Source: a virus
Lineage: Duplodnaviria; Caudoviricetes
Virus record (IMG/VR): IMGVR_UViG_3300021131_000008
Coordinates: 1-54,769 of that record
Strand: one strand, 5' to 3'
DNA length: 54,769 nucleotides
The translations under genes were made by a program, and so were the position numbers. This document shows positions 25,751-35,583 of this stretch, piece by piece. The notes under the pieces were generated by a model. It searched no databases. It was not told the origin of the DNA and was given only the letters and a program-made list of their open reading frames with translations. Numbering within the stretch: position 1 is the first letter of the stretch; the number at the start of each line of letters is the position of its first letter.

Positions 25751-26731
25751 ATGACACCTACCGATAAGGTTGAGATGCAAGTTGCAGAAGCGCAAGACGG
25801 GGGCGCTACTGTTGTTTTACCACCCGATGTGCCGACTCCTGATACAGTTTCACAGGACGAAGGTTCTGACTCGCATCATGATAATGATTCATCGAGTCAA
25901 AACGAATCTAATGATGGTTTAGACAGCGATCCCGATCGAGAAGCTATACGTGCTGCTCGTCGAGAAGAACGAAAGCTCAAAAAACAGATTCATCGTGAAA
26001 AAGCACGTGAGTCTAATCATCTTATAAGTGCTTTAAAGAAACAAAATCAAGACTTAGCTGAACGATTGGCTAAAGTTGAGCAAAAGACTTCAGGTGCCGA
26101 GCTGGCACGGGTCGATAAAGCTATTGATGACGCTGGCGTACAGTTAGAATACGCCAAAATGAAGATGCGAGAAGCGGTTGCATCACAAGATGGAGAAGGT
26201 GTAACTCGATCTGAGGAGATGTTATATGAGGCTCGACGTAAGGTTGAAGCGTTAAAAAACCTAAAACAACAAGCCACTAAACAGATGTCTCAGCCACAGC
26301 AGAATATTCAGGTGCCTGCACCCGAAGTTCAGCGATTGGCGTCAGAGTGGATGGAGCAAAACCCTTGGTATGACCCTCATGGAAAAAACGAGGAGTCTCA
26401 AATAGCTCAAATCGTTGATAAAAAGCTAACTGAGGAAGGTTTTGACCCCTCTAACATCGATTATTGGGACGAATTATCAGATCGTCTTAAAAAATACATG
26501 CCTTCTTCGCAAAACAAGGGTTATAATGACCAGAATAATAGGAGACCTAGGTCTGTTATGACAAGTTCGGGAAGAGAATCTATAGCGTCAACCAGAGGGA
26601 ATGAGTTTAGACTCACTCCTGATCGTGTCGCCGCTATGCGAGAAGCCGGACTATGGGATAACCCCAAAAAGCGTGAAGATGCAATTCGCAAATACGCTGA
26701 ATGGGACCGTCAACACAAATCTAGGAGTTAA
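25751..26731 (+). CDS. Putative capsid scaffolding protein
   Basis: Acidic N-terminus, long coiled coil and W...NPWY. Located between portal and capsid. Confidence 0.7.
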   Translation: MTPTDKVEMQVAEAQDGGATVVLPPDVPTPDTVSQDEGSDSHHDNDSSSQNESNDGLDSDPDREAIRAARREERKLKKQIHREKARESNHLISALKKQNQDLAERLAKVEQKTSGAELARVDKAIDDAGVQLEYAKMKMREAVASQDGEGVTRSEEMLYEARRKVEALKNLKQQATKQMSQPQQNIQVPAPEVQRLASEWMEQNPWYDPHGKNEESQIAQIVDKKLTEEGFDPSNIDYWDELSDRLKKYMPSSQNKGYNDQNNRRPRSVMTSSGRESIASTRGNEFRLTPDRVAAMREAGLWDNPKKREDAIRKYAEWDRQHKSRS

Positions 26732-26733
26732 TT

Positions 26734-27270
26734 ATGGACGATCGTTTAAAAAAGAATGTTACTTCAGGGCGTGAAAGTCGTGCAGTTGATGACCAAAAAC
26801 GTCGCGCTCCCGAAGAAAGTTTTGTTTCATCTGAGGAACGTCGTAGGATGTTCCGTTCGGAGTGGATGCAAGAAGCACTTCCGACCCCGCCTGAGATTCC
26901 GGGCTTTCACTTATGCTGGCTGTCTTCTACTAATCAGTATGACCCGATACATAAACGCTTGCGCATGGGATATACTCAAGTAAAAGCCGAAGAAATTCCT
27001 GGCTTTGAACATTTGAGAATTAAATCCGGTGAGCATGAAGGCTTTGTTGCATGCAATGAAATGCTGCTCTATAAGCTTCCGATGGACGTTTATCAGGATG
27101 TAATGGCAGAAATGCATCATTACGCCCCGTTAGACGAACAAGAGAAGATTAAAGTTCAGCAAGAACAGTTGCTAAACAGTGCGCGTGATAGTCAAGGGAA
27201 TTCACTTATTAAATTAGAAGGTAACGGCATGAACTTTGACCAAACTAAAGAATCACCCACTTTTGCGTGA
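26734..27270 (+). CDS. Conserved-looking head-module protein of unknown function
   Basis: LPTPPEIPGFHLCW...RLRMGY..V, with an AGGAG RBS. Confidence 0.7.
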   Translation: MDDRLKKNVTSGRESRAVDDQKRRAPEESFVSSEERRRMFRSEWMQEALPTPPEIPGFHLCWLSSTNQYDPIHKRLRMGYTQVKAEEIPGFEHLRIKSGEHEGFVACNEMLLYKLPMDVYQDVMAEMHHYAPLDEQEKIKVQQEQLLNSARDSQGNSLIKLEGNGMNFDQTKESPTFA

Positions 27271-27291
27271 TTTTAAATATAGGAGTTAAAC

Positions 27292-27879
27292 ATGTCTGCA
27301 GTTAATGCTCCGTTTGGTTTGCGCCCAGCTTTCTTCCCCACTGGGTTGGAACGTGCTCAAGCGCTAGCCAACGGTATTACTTCCGGTTATAGCGGCAACA
27401 TCCTTAAAGGACAAGCCGTGCAATATAGTCCTAATGCTGGCGTCATTTTGCCAGTCCTAGACACCACTACGAACTCAGGTCTTGTATCTGGCTCGTTTCA
27501 AGGCGTCGAATGGACTGACACTACAGGTCGGCGTCGCGTATCTAACTATTGGCCTGCAAACACCAGTTATATTGCTGGATCTTGTATTGCTTATTTCTAT
27601 AACGATCAGCAAATCGTTTATGAAATTCAGGCTGATGGCTCAATTGCGCAAACGGCAATCGGTAATGAAGCCAATCTTTCTAACTTTACGGCGGGATCAA
27701 CAACCACCGGTCTTTCCCAAATGACTTTATCTGCCTCTTTGGTAGGTTCAGCATCAGCTGGTCAGTTCCGTATTGTTGATATTGCGCCATATGCTGACAA
27801 TGCTTGGGGTGATGCGTACACGGTAGTTCGTGTGCAAATCAGCAAACCTCAGTTTGTAGCTACCGTTAACGCAATCTAA
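27292..27879 (+). CDS. Putative head decoration/cement protein
   Basis: NAPFGLRP start, beta-rich, immediately upstream of the MCP. Confidence 0.6.
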   Translation: MSAVNAPFGLRPAFFPTGLERAQALANGITSGYSGNILKGQAVQYSPNAGVILPVLDTTTNSGLVSGSFQGVEWTDTTGRRRVSNYWPANTSYIAGSCIAYFYNDQQIVYEIQADGSIAQTAIGNEANLSNFTAGSTTTGLSQMTLSASLVGSASAGQFRIVDIAPYADNAWGDAYTVVRVQISKPQFVATVNAI

Positions 27880-27892
27880 AGGAGAATAGACT

Positions 27893-28807
27893 ATGGCAGC
27901 CCCGATGAGAAGTACGGACTTCCGGTCAATTGTTGAGCCTATTCTCAACGAAGCATTTGACGGAGTTTATGATCAACGTTCCAATGAGTGGGAAACGGTT
28001 TTCCGTGAGCAACAAGGTATTCCACGGAACTACCATGAAGAACCGGTTCTTTACGGTTTTGGCGCGGCACCTCAGTTACCTGACGGGTCTCCCGTTACGT
28101 ATCAACAAGGTGGCGTATTGTTCTTGCAACGCTATGTCTATAACGTGTATGGTTTAGCCTTTGCTTTGACCAAAGTTTTGGTTGAAGACGGTGATCATAT
28201 TCGTATTGGTCAAGTATACGCAAAACATCTGGCTCAGTCTTTGGTGGAAACCAAGGAACTGTTATGCGCTAACATCCTGAATCGTGCTTTTAATAGCTCG
28301 TATACCGGCGGTGATGGCGTGTCTTTGATTAATACTGCGCATCCGATTGTGAACGGTTCATTTAGCAACCAGTTAAGTACTTCTGCTAACTTGTCCCAGA
28401 CCTCTCTTGAGCAGATGTTAATTCAAGTTCGCCAAGCTGTGGACAACAACGGCAAGAAAATCCGTTTGCAACCTCTGAAATTGGTTGTTGCTCCCGGAAA
28501 CGTGTTTCAAGCCGAAGTGTTGTTGAAGTCAGTGTTGCGTACTGGTACCGCCAACAATGACATTAACCCGATCAAATCGATTGGTTTAATGCCCGAAGGC
28601 GCTTCAGTAATCAGCCGTTTGACTTCTGCCACTAACTGGTGGGTACAGACCGACGCACCTGAAGGCATGAAACTGATGATGCGTCGTGCATTAGAGAAAA
28701 CCATGGAAGGAGATTTTGAGACTGACTCGATGCGCTATAAAGCCACCGAGCGTTATATTCCTAACTGGACTGATCCTCGCGCGATGTACGGCACTCCAGG
28801 CGTTTAA
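27893..28807 (+). CDS. Major capsid protein (HK97 fold)
   Basis: 304 aa with YGLAFALT...EDG, GGDGVSL...HP, EGDFETD.MRYKA.ERY...W.DPR and a strong RBS. Confidence 0.88.
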   Translation: MAAPMRSTDFRSIVEPILNEAFDGVYDQRSNEWETVFREQQGIPRNYHEEPVLYGFGAAPQLPDGSPVTYQQGGVLFLQRYVYNVYGLAFALTKVLVEDGDHIRIGQVYAKHLAQSLVETKELLCANILNRAFNSSYTGGDGVSLINTAHPIVNGSFSNQLSTSANLSQTSLEQMLIQVRQAVDNNGKKIRLQPLKLVVAPGNVFQAEVLLKSVLRTGTANNDINPIKSIGLMPEGASVISRLTSATNWWVQTDAPEGMKLMMRRALEKTMEGDFETDSMRYKATERYIPNWTDPRAMYGTPGV

Positions 28808-28821
28808 TCGCCGAAGGCTAA

Positions 28822-28851
28822 ACGGGGGAGCCTTAATCCCCCGTATAACTT
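28822..28851 (+). terminator. Hairpin after the capsid gene
   Basis: ACGGGGGA/TCCCCCGT 8-bp stem with a weak U tract. Confidence 0.5.
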
Positions 28852-28878
28852 TGTCTAAACTTTTCAAGGAGAAAGACA

Positions 28879-29853
28879 ATGCCCCAATTTAGCGATGACC
28901 TGTATCTGGGCACTTGCCAGACGTACATGGGAGTTGGTAACAACCCCGTTAGTGCAACTTTTACTGGCTCAATAGCCGCAACGACTCTTACTGTTACTGC
29001 TTTACTCTCAGGTGACCTAGTTCAAATCGGTCAATTTGTTACTGGCTCAAGCGTTACGGCAGGTTCATATATTACCGCTTTTGTTACTGGAACCGGCGGG
29101 ATAGGTACTTATACGGTAAGTGCTTCATCCACGGCGTCTAGTACTACCATGTATTTGTCTGGAAATGCAGCAATTAGCGACCCAACCAATATGGACTTAG
29201 GCGTTGGGCCACTGGGTCGAGTTTATGTATTTGACGTTATCCCTGAAACTAAATCAACAACCAACATTGCTACAGCAAGCGTTTACACAGCTACTGTCAC
29301 TTTGACTGCAGGTGCCGGAACTAAATCAATTGTACGTTCTGATGGTGTTACGGTTGTGCAACTTGATTGCCCTCGTGCTGTTTCAACAACTACTGGTGCA
29401 GGATCACCAACCACTCGCAACGTTACCATTTCTGGCTACGACTATTATGGTCAAGCTATGAGCGAAGTGATTGCAACTGGTGCTGTTGCTTCGACGACTG
29501 TTAACGGCAAGAAAGCATTTTTTCAAATTAGTGGTATCACAATTTCTGGCAGTCCGGTAGTTACGGTTGCAGTCGGCACGACTGATATCATTGGTCTTCC
29601 AGTTCGTGTGATTGATGCGGCTTACATTATATCTTCTGGATGGAATAATACTTTACCTAATGATGCAGGGACCTTTGTTGCCGCTGTAATGACTAACCCC
29701 GCAACAACAACGACTGGTGATGTACGTGGTACTTATGTGCCTTCTAGCGCAACTGATGGGCAAAAACGTTTGGTAATGGCACTTGCTGTTCCTGCATTAG
29801 CTGTTGGCCCAAACTCAACTCGCCTTGGCGCTCTTGGCGTAACGCAAGCCTAA
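28879..29853 (+). CDS. Virion structural protein
   Basis: Thr/Gly/Ser-rich beta protein in the head cluster. G.D.YGQ.MSE and GKKAF motifs. Confidence 0.7.
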   Translation: MPQFSDDLYLGTCQTYMGVGNNPVSATFTGSIAATTLTVTALLSGDLVQIGQFVTGSSVTAGSYITAFVTGTGGIGTYTVSASSTASSTTMYLSGNAAISDPTNMDLGVGPLGRVYVFDVIPETKSTTNIATASVYTATVTLTAGAGTKSIVRSDGVTVVQLDCPRAVSTTTGAGSPTTRNVTISGYDYYGQAMSEVIATGAVASTTVNGKKAFFQISGITISGSPVVTVAVGTTDIIGLPVRVIDAAYIISSGWNNTLPNDAGTFVAAVMTNPATTTTGDVRGTYVPSSATDGQKRLVMALAVPALAVGPNSTRLGALGVTQA

Positions 29854-29866
29854 CTAGGAGACAGAC

Positions 29867-30781
29867 ATGGGTAAATTTAAACGTGAACCAAAAGAAGCAA
29901 CCACTGAACCTTCGGTTAATGAGCTTAGTCATGAAGGTATGAAGCGCGGTGGTAAAGCGCATAAGAAGCATATGGCTATGGGTGGTAACCCTATGATGCG
30001 TTCGCCTTTAGCTCGTCCAATGGTGCGCCCAGGAATGCGTGCAGGTGTTGCGCCTTCCGTTGCTATGCCTCCTGCAGCGTTAATGCGTAAAAAAGGCGGT
30101 GAAGTTGAAAGTGCCGCTACGCATAAAGCTGAAATGCATGAAATGCGTAAAATTGAAAAAGAGCTTAAACATCATGAAAGTGAAAAAGCCGGTAAAGCGC
30201 ATCATGGTTTGAAAAAAGGTGGAATGTATCGCCCAACTCCAGGTGGCTTGCTGTCTGAAGGTCGTGCGCACGGTAAAGGCACTACCGGTGGAATTGAAGG
30301 CGCAGGTTACAAACATGGTGGCATGAGTAAAGGAGGCACTATGCATCCTAAAATTGATGTGCAAGATAAAGTTGTTGGTGCTAAACAAGTCAAGTCTCTT
30401 AGTACTAAAACTGGTGGCATTGAGGGTGCTGGCTATAAGCATGGTGGGCGTAGCAAAAAACACCATTATGCAAAAGGCGGTACTGTATCTGATGGTGTAG
30501 CAAATCGTTATCTTGATGATATGAAAGATGGTAAAAAAATGCCTACTAAAAAATTAGGCACTAAAGGCATCAGCCAAGCACCTGCTGGTTATAAACATGG
30601 TGGCCATGTATCGCACCCTACAACGTATGGGCATAAAGACAATGGTCATACGCGCCAACATGAAATGCAAGATGGTCATGGTCATGAAAAAATGGCTGCC
30701 CACCCAATGAAAAATGGTGGAAAAGCACATACTACTAAAATTTCTACCTGTATGCAAAAAGGTGGTAAGTGTAACTACTAA
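29867..30781 (+). CDS. Lys/His/Gly-rich protein with about 11 GG motifs
   Basis: Repeats of YKHGG, MKRGG, YAKGG and similar. Duplicated TGGIEGAGYKHGG. Confidence 0.75.
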   Translation: MGKFKREPKEATTEPSVNELSHEGMKRGGKAHKKHMAMGGNPMMRSPLARPMVRPGMRAGVAPSVAMPPAALMRKKGGEVESAATHKAEMHEMRKIEKELKHHESEKAGKAHHGLKKGGMYRPTPGGLLSEGRAHGKGTTGGIEGAGYKHGGMSKGGTMHPKIDVQDKVVGAKQVKSLSTKTGGIEGAGYKHGGRSKKHHYAKGGTVSDGVANRYLDDMKDGKKMPTKKLGTKGISQAPAGYKHGGHVSHPTTYGHKDNGHTRQHEMQDGHGHEKMAAHPMKNGGKAHTTKISTCMQKGGKCNY

Positions 30782-30787
30782 AAGCCT

Positions 30788-30809
30788 AGGGGCTTCGGCC
30801 CCTGCTTTT
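30788..30809 (+). terminator. Rho-independent terminator-like hairpin
   Basis: AGGGGC-TTCG-GCCCCT followed by GCTTTT. Confidence 0.65.
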
Positions 30810-30823
30810 AATTGGAGAAAAGT

Positions 30824-31243
30824 ATGACTATTACTGCTACATCACAAACATTATTCGATGGCGAAAGAATCGCCATTATGAAATTTAATGCGTCACTTAG
30901 CACGACTGAAAATGAGTCTGCTGTTGTTAAAGTTAACCCTTCTACTTTGTTGCCGTCAAACGCAGGTGGCGCTTGCGATGCCGTAAGCATTTTAAAAGTA
31001 ACTGCATTGACGCATGGTTTAGAAGTTCAAATGAACTGGGTTGCTACGGCCCCTGTAATGATTGAGGTCATCCCGCAAAACACGCAATACACGCAAGATT
31101 TTTCCAATTTTGGTGGGTTGACAAATAACTCAAGCACAGGAAAAACTGGTTCAATTTCTTTTACTACTCTAGACGGCGGCGCTGGAGATGCGTATACCGT
31201 GATTTTAGAAATGCAGAAACATTACGTTAACCCAACAAGCTAA
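30824..31243 (+). CDS. Putative virion structural protein
   Basis: ATG 30824 behind GGAG. Beta-rich, DFS.FGGL.N...GKTG.I.FTT. Confidence 0.65.
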   Translation: MTITATSQTLFDGERIAIMKFNASLSTTENESAVVKVNPSTLLPSNAGGACDAVSILKVTALTHGLEVQMNWVATAPVMIEVIPQNTQYTQDFSNFGGLTNNSSTGKTGSISFTTLDGGAGDAYTVILEMQKHYVNPTS

Positions 31244-31245
31244 TC

Positions 31246-31806
31246 ATGCCAAGCAAATCACCTGCGCAGCATCGTTTAATGGAAGCCGCCGCGCATACCA
31301 AAGGTGGTTTTGGAGGCGTTTCTCAAAAAGTAGGCAAAGAGTTTGCAAACGCTGACAAAAATAAAAAGTTTAGCAAAGGCGGGTTGTATGATAATATACA
31401 TGCTAAGCAAGAAAGAATAGCGCATGGTTCTAAAGAGCGTATGCGTAAGCCAAATAGTAAAGGCGCACCCACATCTGCAGATTTTAAAGCTGCTGCAAAA
31501 ACAGCTAAAATGTCAAAAGGTGGCGGCCCAAGATTGTCTGTAAGTCGCGGTGAAAAGTTATCCACAAGTCGAGGCGCAGGTTTAACACAAAAAGGCCGCG
31601 ATAAGTTTAATAGAGCTACAGGTAGTCATCTTCAAGCACCACAAGCCCATGGATCAAGACATGATTCTTTTTGCGCTCGAATGAGTGGAATGGCTGGGCC
31701 TATGAAAGATGAAAAAGGAAGACCAACTCGAAAAGCAGCGTCACTGCGTCGATGGCACTGCGCCGACGGTGGAAAAGTCAAAAAACATGACATAAAAGGT
31801 TGGTAA
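31246..31806 (+). CDS. Basic modular protein with a C-terminal DUF6321-like SFCARM domain
   Basis: MPSKSPAQHRLM.AAAH, GLY.NIHAK..RI..GS.E.MRK and R..SFCARMSG...SLRRW.C modules separated by GG motifs. Confidence 0.65.
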   Translation: MPSKSPAQHRLMEAAAHTKGGFGGVSQKVGKEFANADKNKKFSKGGLYDNIHAKQERIAHGSKERMRKPNSKGAPTSADFKAAAKTAKMSKGGGPRLSVSRGEKLSTSRGAGLTQKGRDKFNRATGSHLQAPQAHGSRHDSFCARMSGMAGPMKDEKGRPTRKAASLRRWHCADGGKVKKHDIKGW

Positions 31807-32865
31807 ATGAGCACTTCAGGCACCGTTGGCCAAACCGTTATTACCGTTCAACAACTGATTGATAGTGGCGCACGCCGAGCAGGCAAATTAGCTGAAGAAC
31901 TGACCGTAGAGCAAGTACAGGCTGCTAAACAAAGTCTTTACTACCTATTGTCCAATCTAGCTAATATGGGCATACAATACTGGTGCATTGTAAAAAATGT
32001 TGTCGGAATGCTGCCTGATAAATATATTTATACTCTACCGGTAGGCACAATTGATGTGCTTAACTCAAACTATCGCACCGTTACTTACATCAACACGGTA
32101 ATATCCAGTTCTTCAGGCGTTACGGCCAACGCTTTTGATGGTGTAGGGCAAAATATCTGTCAATTAACTACTAATACCGGCAACATTGGCGTTAGCAACG
32201 GCACTAGTGGGCCTGTTTATATTGCCACCATAGGTATATTACCTGCAATAACCGGCATAGTCACTGTTCAATTACAATATTCTTACGATGGCATAACTTG
32301 GGTTACAATTTATTCGCCTGGAGCGGTGAGCTGGGTAACAAATCAATGGATTTATTATGATTTAGACCCGTCAGCAACGGCTACTTACTGGCGTATTTTG
32401 CAAACCAGTGGCCCAAATATGGGTTTTTATCAAGTGGCGTTTGGTACTGCGCCGATGGAAATACCTTTGGCACGATTAAATCGTGACGATTACACCAACC
32501 TGCCTAACAAAAACTTTACTAATAATCGCCCGTTGCAGTACTGGTTTGATAGAACTATACCGCAACCGTCTATGTATCTGTGGCCTACGCCTAATACCAT
32601 ACAGCCTCAGATTGTGGCGTGGTGTCATCGGCAGATTCAGGATGTAGGAACCTTATCAGGCTCAATAGAAATACCGCAGCGATGGTATCTGGCCATTCAG
32701 AATATGTTATCGCACCAAATGGCCATGGAACTTCCAGGCGTCGACCCAAATCGAATTACGTATTGCGAACAGCAAGCCGATAAGTACTGGGCTATGGCAG
32801 AACAAGAAGAAAGAGACAAGTCTCCAATTTATTTTGCGCCTAATATTGCGCCATATACAGCATGA
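31807..32865 (+). CDS. Putative head-tail adaptor / tail protein
   Basis: MSTSGT start, Y.NLPNK...RP.QYW.DR....YLWP.P and P.RWY. Located in the neck region. Confidence 0.6.
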   Translation: MSTSGTVGQTVITVQQLIDSGARRAGKLAEELTVEQVQAAKQSLYYLLSNLANMGIQYWCIVKNVVGMLPDKYIYTLPVGTIDVLNSNYRTVTYINTVISSSSGVTANAFDGVGQNICQLTTNTGNIGVSNGTSGPVYIATIGILPAITGIVTVQLQYSYDGITWVTIYSPGAVSWVTNQWIYYDLDPSATATYWRILQTSGPNMGFYQVAFGTAPMEIPLARLNRDDYTNLPNKNFTNNRPLQYWFDRTIPQPSMYLWPTPNTIQPQIVAWCHRQIQDVGTLSGSIEIPQRWYLAIQNMLSHQMAMELPGVDPNRITYCEQQADKYWAMAEQEERDKSPIYFAPNIAPYTA

Positions 32866-33209
32866 GCGTTTGGCTAGACACTAGGGGCAATACAGTATTA
32901 AGCATCGTCATATGCGATAGATGTAAAATGAAGCGTGCGTATGACGATTGTCTTAATGATATTAACTTTCCAGGGCTTAGAGTTTGCAAATATGGTTGCG
33001 CTGATAAAAAAGACCCTTATCGATTACCTGCTCGACAGCCTGAAAAGATTGCTATTCGTTTTCCTCGCCCTGATGCTGATATTGCTGTTTATAATAATCA
33101 AATTATCACTAGCGGTAACGATGCATATGTTTTGGCTGCCGAACAGACTACTCAACCGGTTAACGGCAATCAAGAATTGATTACAAAGACTCCACAAAAC
33201 AATGTCTAA
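32862..33209 (+). CDS. CxxC-containing neck-region protein
   Basis: ICDRC...GLRVC...C.D..DP...RFPRPD. Confidence 0.65.
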   Translation: MSVWLDTRGNTVLSIVICDRCKMKRAYDDCLNDINFPGLRVCKYGCADKKDPYRLPARQPEKIAIRFPRPDADIAVYNNQIITSGNDAYVLAAEQTTQPVNGNQELITKTPQNNV

Positions 33210-35574
33210 CGTAACCATTAGCGAATTACCAACCGCACAGACCATAACTGGTACTGAGTTGGTGCCCGTACAGCAAAATGGACTGACAGTTCAGACCACT
33301 GTATCGGCTATTACCAACTCACCAGTGCAGACGCAAACATTTATAACTGTCAATACTGAGTCGACTTTGCCTAATAGTCGATATTTAGGTACAGGCACAG
33401 GTTTAACTACTACCGATGGGGGCATACAAGGCAAATTATCTGTTAATTTGACCGGTGCGCCACTATCGTTAGTTACTTCAGGCACTGGAATACAGGTTAA
33501 AACAAGTTCAACGGCGCTCTCAGCGCGTCTTTTAACTTTCTCAGGCACTGGCCTCACTATAACTAACCCTGACGGCATATTGGGTAATCCGACCTTTGCT
33601 TTTTCAGGCGTTATGGCTAATTTATCAACATTTTCAGGCACTGGATTACTAGGTATTAATGGCACTACCATTCAAAACCTTACCATTACTGGCACAACCA
33701 ATCAGACTGCAATTACTAATGGCAATGGCGCGTCAGGAAACCCTGTCATTGGGCTAGCTAATAACCCTGTTATCCCTGGAACTGCCAGTTTAACCATCCC
33801 AGTGGGCGCAACAGCGGCTCGACCGGTTGCTACAACTAGCGGGATGATACGTTATAACAGCGATCTTCAACAGTTTGAAGGTTATAACAATATTGGCTGG
33901 AGTCAGTTTTCATTATCAGGTGGCGTTACTTCATTTAGTGGCGGCTCAACTGGTTTTTCGCCTTCATTAGCTACTACAGGGGCTGTAACGCTTGGCGGGA
34001 CCTTACTACCGGCCAGCGGGGGCACCGGAGCGAATACTCTTACCGGTTATGTGTATGGTAATGGTACCAGCGTGATGACCGCCGCTACGACCATCCCTAC
34101 AACAGCTTTAAGTGGGACGATTAGTAACGCGCAGTTAGCCAATAGCGCAATTACAATAAACGGTAATTCCGTGTCTTTAGGTGGTTCTACAACGGTTACG
34201 GCTAGCACAACTAGCACTTTGACTATAGGAACTGGACTATCAGGCACTTCGTTTAATGGCTCTTCTCCAGTCACTATTGCCATAGACTCTACGGTAGCAA
34301 CGCTTACCGGATCCCAAGTCTTAACGAATAAGTCAATTAGCGGTGCTACTAATACCTTATCTAGTATAGCTAATGCATCTCTTACGAATAGCGCGATTAC
34401 CATCAACGGCACTTCTACGAGTCTTGGTGGGTCAATTAACGTAGGAACTGTGACTTCTGTAACGTCCTCGACTTTAACAGTTGCAGGCACTTCAGCAGTT
34501 CCGACGATTAACCTAACTTCTGGCATAGTAACCGCAGGAACTACGGGTTCTGCTACGTTAATTCCAGTAGTTACTGTAGATACCTACGGGCGGGTAACGT
34601 CTATAACGACTGCCGCTAATCCTCAAGGAACGGTAACTTCGGTATCTGCGCTTACTTTAGGCACTACAGGCACTGACTTATCAAGCACTGTTGCTAATGG
34701 CACTACAACGCCTGTTATTACTTTAAACGTGCCTACCGCTTCAGCAAGTAATCGCGGTGCTTTAAGTTCTACGGATTGGACTACTTTTAATAATAAAGGC
34801 AGTGGCTCAGTTACGTCGGTAGCGCAGTCATTCACTGGCGGTTTAATTGCCGTTACTGGCTCGCCAATTACAACTAGCGGTACGTTGGCTTTAACGGTAG
34901 CAGGAACTTCTGGTGGAATACCTTATTTTTCTAGCGCCTCAACATGGGCAACATCGGCGGCACTTGCGGCTAGCGCTTTAGTGGTTGGTGGAGGGGCGGG
35001 TTTATCGCCTGCCACTATAACTACAGGAACAGGTGTAGTCACGGCTTTAGGCGTAGCAGTAGGCTCAGCAGGATCATTTGTAGTTAACGGTGGGGCGTTA
35101 GGAACGCCGTCAAGCGGAACAGTTACTAACCTAACTGGAACGGCAGGTATCAATATTACGGGAACTGCTCCTGCGGGAACTTTGACAGGAACAACGCTTA
35201 ATTCTACTGTTGTAACATCGAGCTTAACGACTGTCGGAACGATAGGAACAGGTGTCTGGAACGGCACAGCGGTGACTGTACCTTACGGTGGAACGGGTGT
35301 AGCAACGTTATCTGGATTAGCTTACGGTAACGGAACGAGTGCTTTTACAGCCGCCACAGCCGCACAGGTGGTATCGGTGATCGGCTCAACTGCGGTAACA
35401 AACGCAACCAATGCAGTAAATACTGGCATTACCGCCGCATCAACAGGCGCTACTAACTACTTAACTTTTGTAACTTCTACTTCTGGAAACTTACCACAAT
35501 TGGTAAACTCATCAATAACGGCAAACGCTGTAAATGGCACCATTACGGGTGGCGTTTCTGGTGGAGCATTTTAA
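33202..35574 (+). CDS. Tail fibre-like protein
   Basis: Thr/Gly/Ser-rich repeats (GTVTSV, LANSAITING, GGTG) and G.IRYN.D..QFEGY. Confidence 0.75.
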   Translation: MSNVTISELPTAQTITGTELVPVQQNGLTVQTTVSAITNSPVQTQTFITVNTESTLPNSRYLGTGTGLTTTDGGIQGKLSVNLTGAPLSLVTSGTGIQVKTSSTALSARLLTFSGTGLTITNPDGILGNPTFAFSGVMANLSTFSGTGLLGINGTTIQNLTITGTTNQTAITNGNGASGNPVIGLANNPVIPGTASLTIPVGATAARPVATTSGMIRYNSDLQQFEGYNNIGWSQFSLSGGVTSFSGGSTGFSPSLATTGAVTLGGTLLPASGGTGANTLTGYVYGNGTSVMTAATTIPTTALSGTISNAQLANSAITINGNSVSLGGSTTVTASTTSTLTIGTGLSGTSFNGSSPVTIAIDSTVATLTGSQVLTNKSISGATNTLSSIANASLTNSAITINGTSTSLGGSINVGTVTSVTSSTLTVAGTSAVPTINLTSGIVTAGTTGSATLIPVVTVDTYGRVTSITTAANPQGTVTSVSALTLGTTGTDLSSTVANGTTTPVITLNVPTASASNRGALSSTDWTTFNNKGSGSVTSVAQSFTGGLIAVTGSPITTSGTLALTVAGTSGGIPYFSSASTWATSAALAASALVVGGGAGLSPATITTGTGVVTALGVAVGSAGSFVVNGGALGTPSSGTVTNLTGTAGINITGTAPAGTLTGTTLNSTVVTSSLTTVGTIGTGVWNGTAVTVPYGGTGVATLSGLAYGNGTSAFTAATAAQVVSVIGSTAVTNATNAVNTGITAASTGATNYLTFVTSTSGNLPQLVNSSITANAVNGTITGGVSGGAF

Positions 35575-35583
35575 GGAAAAATC

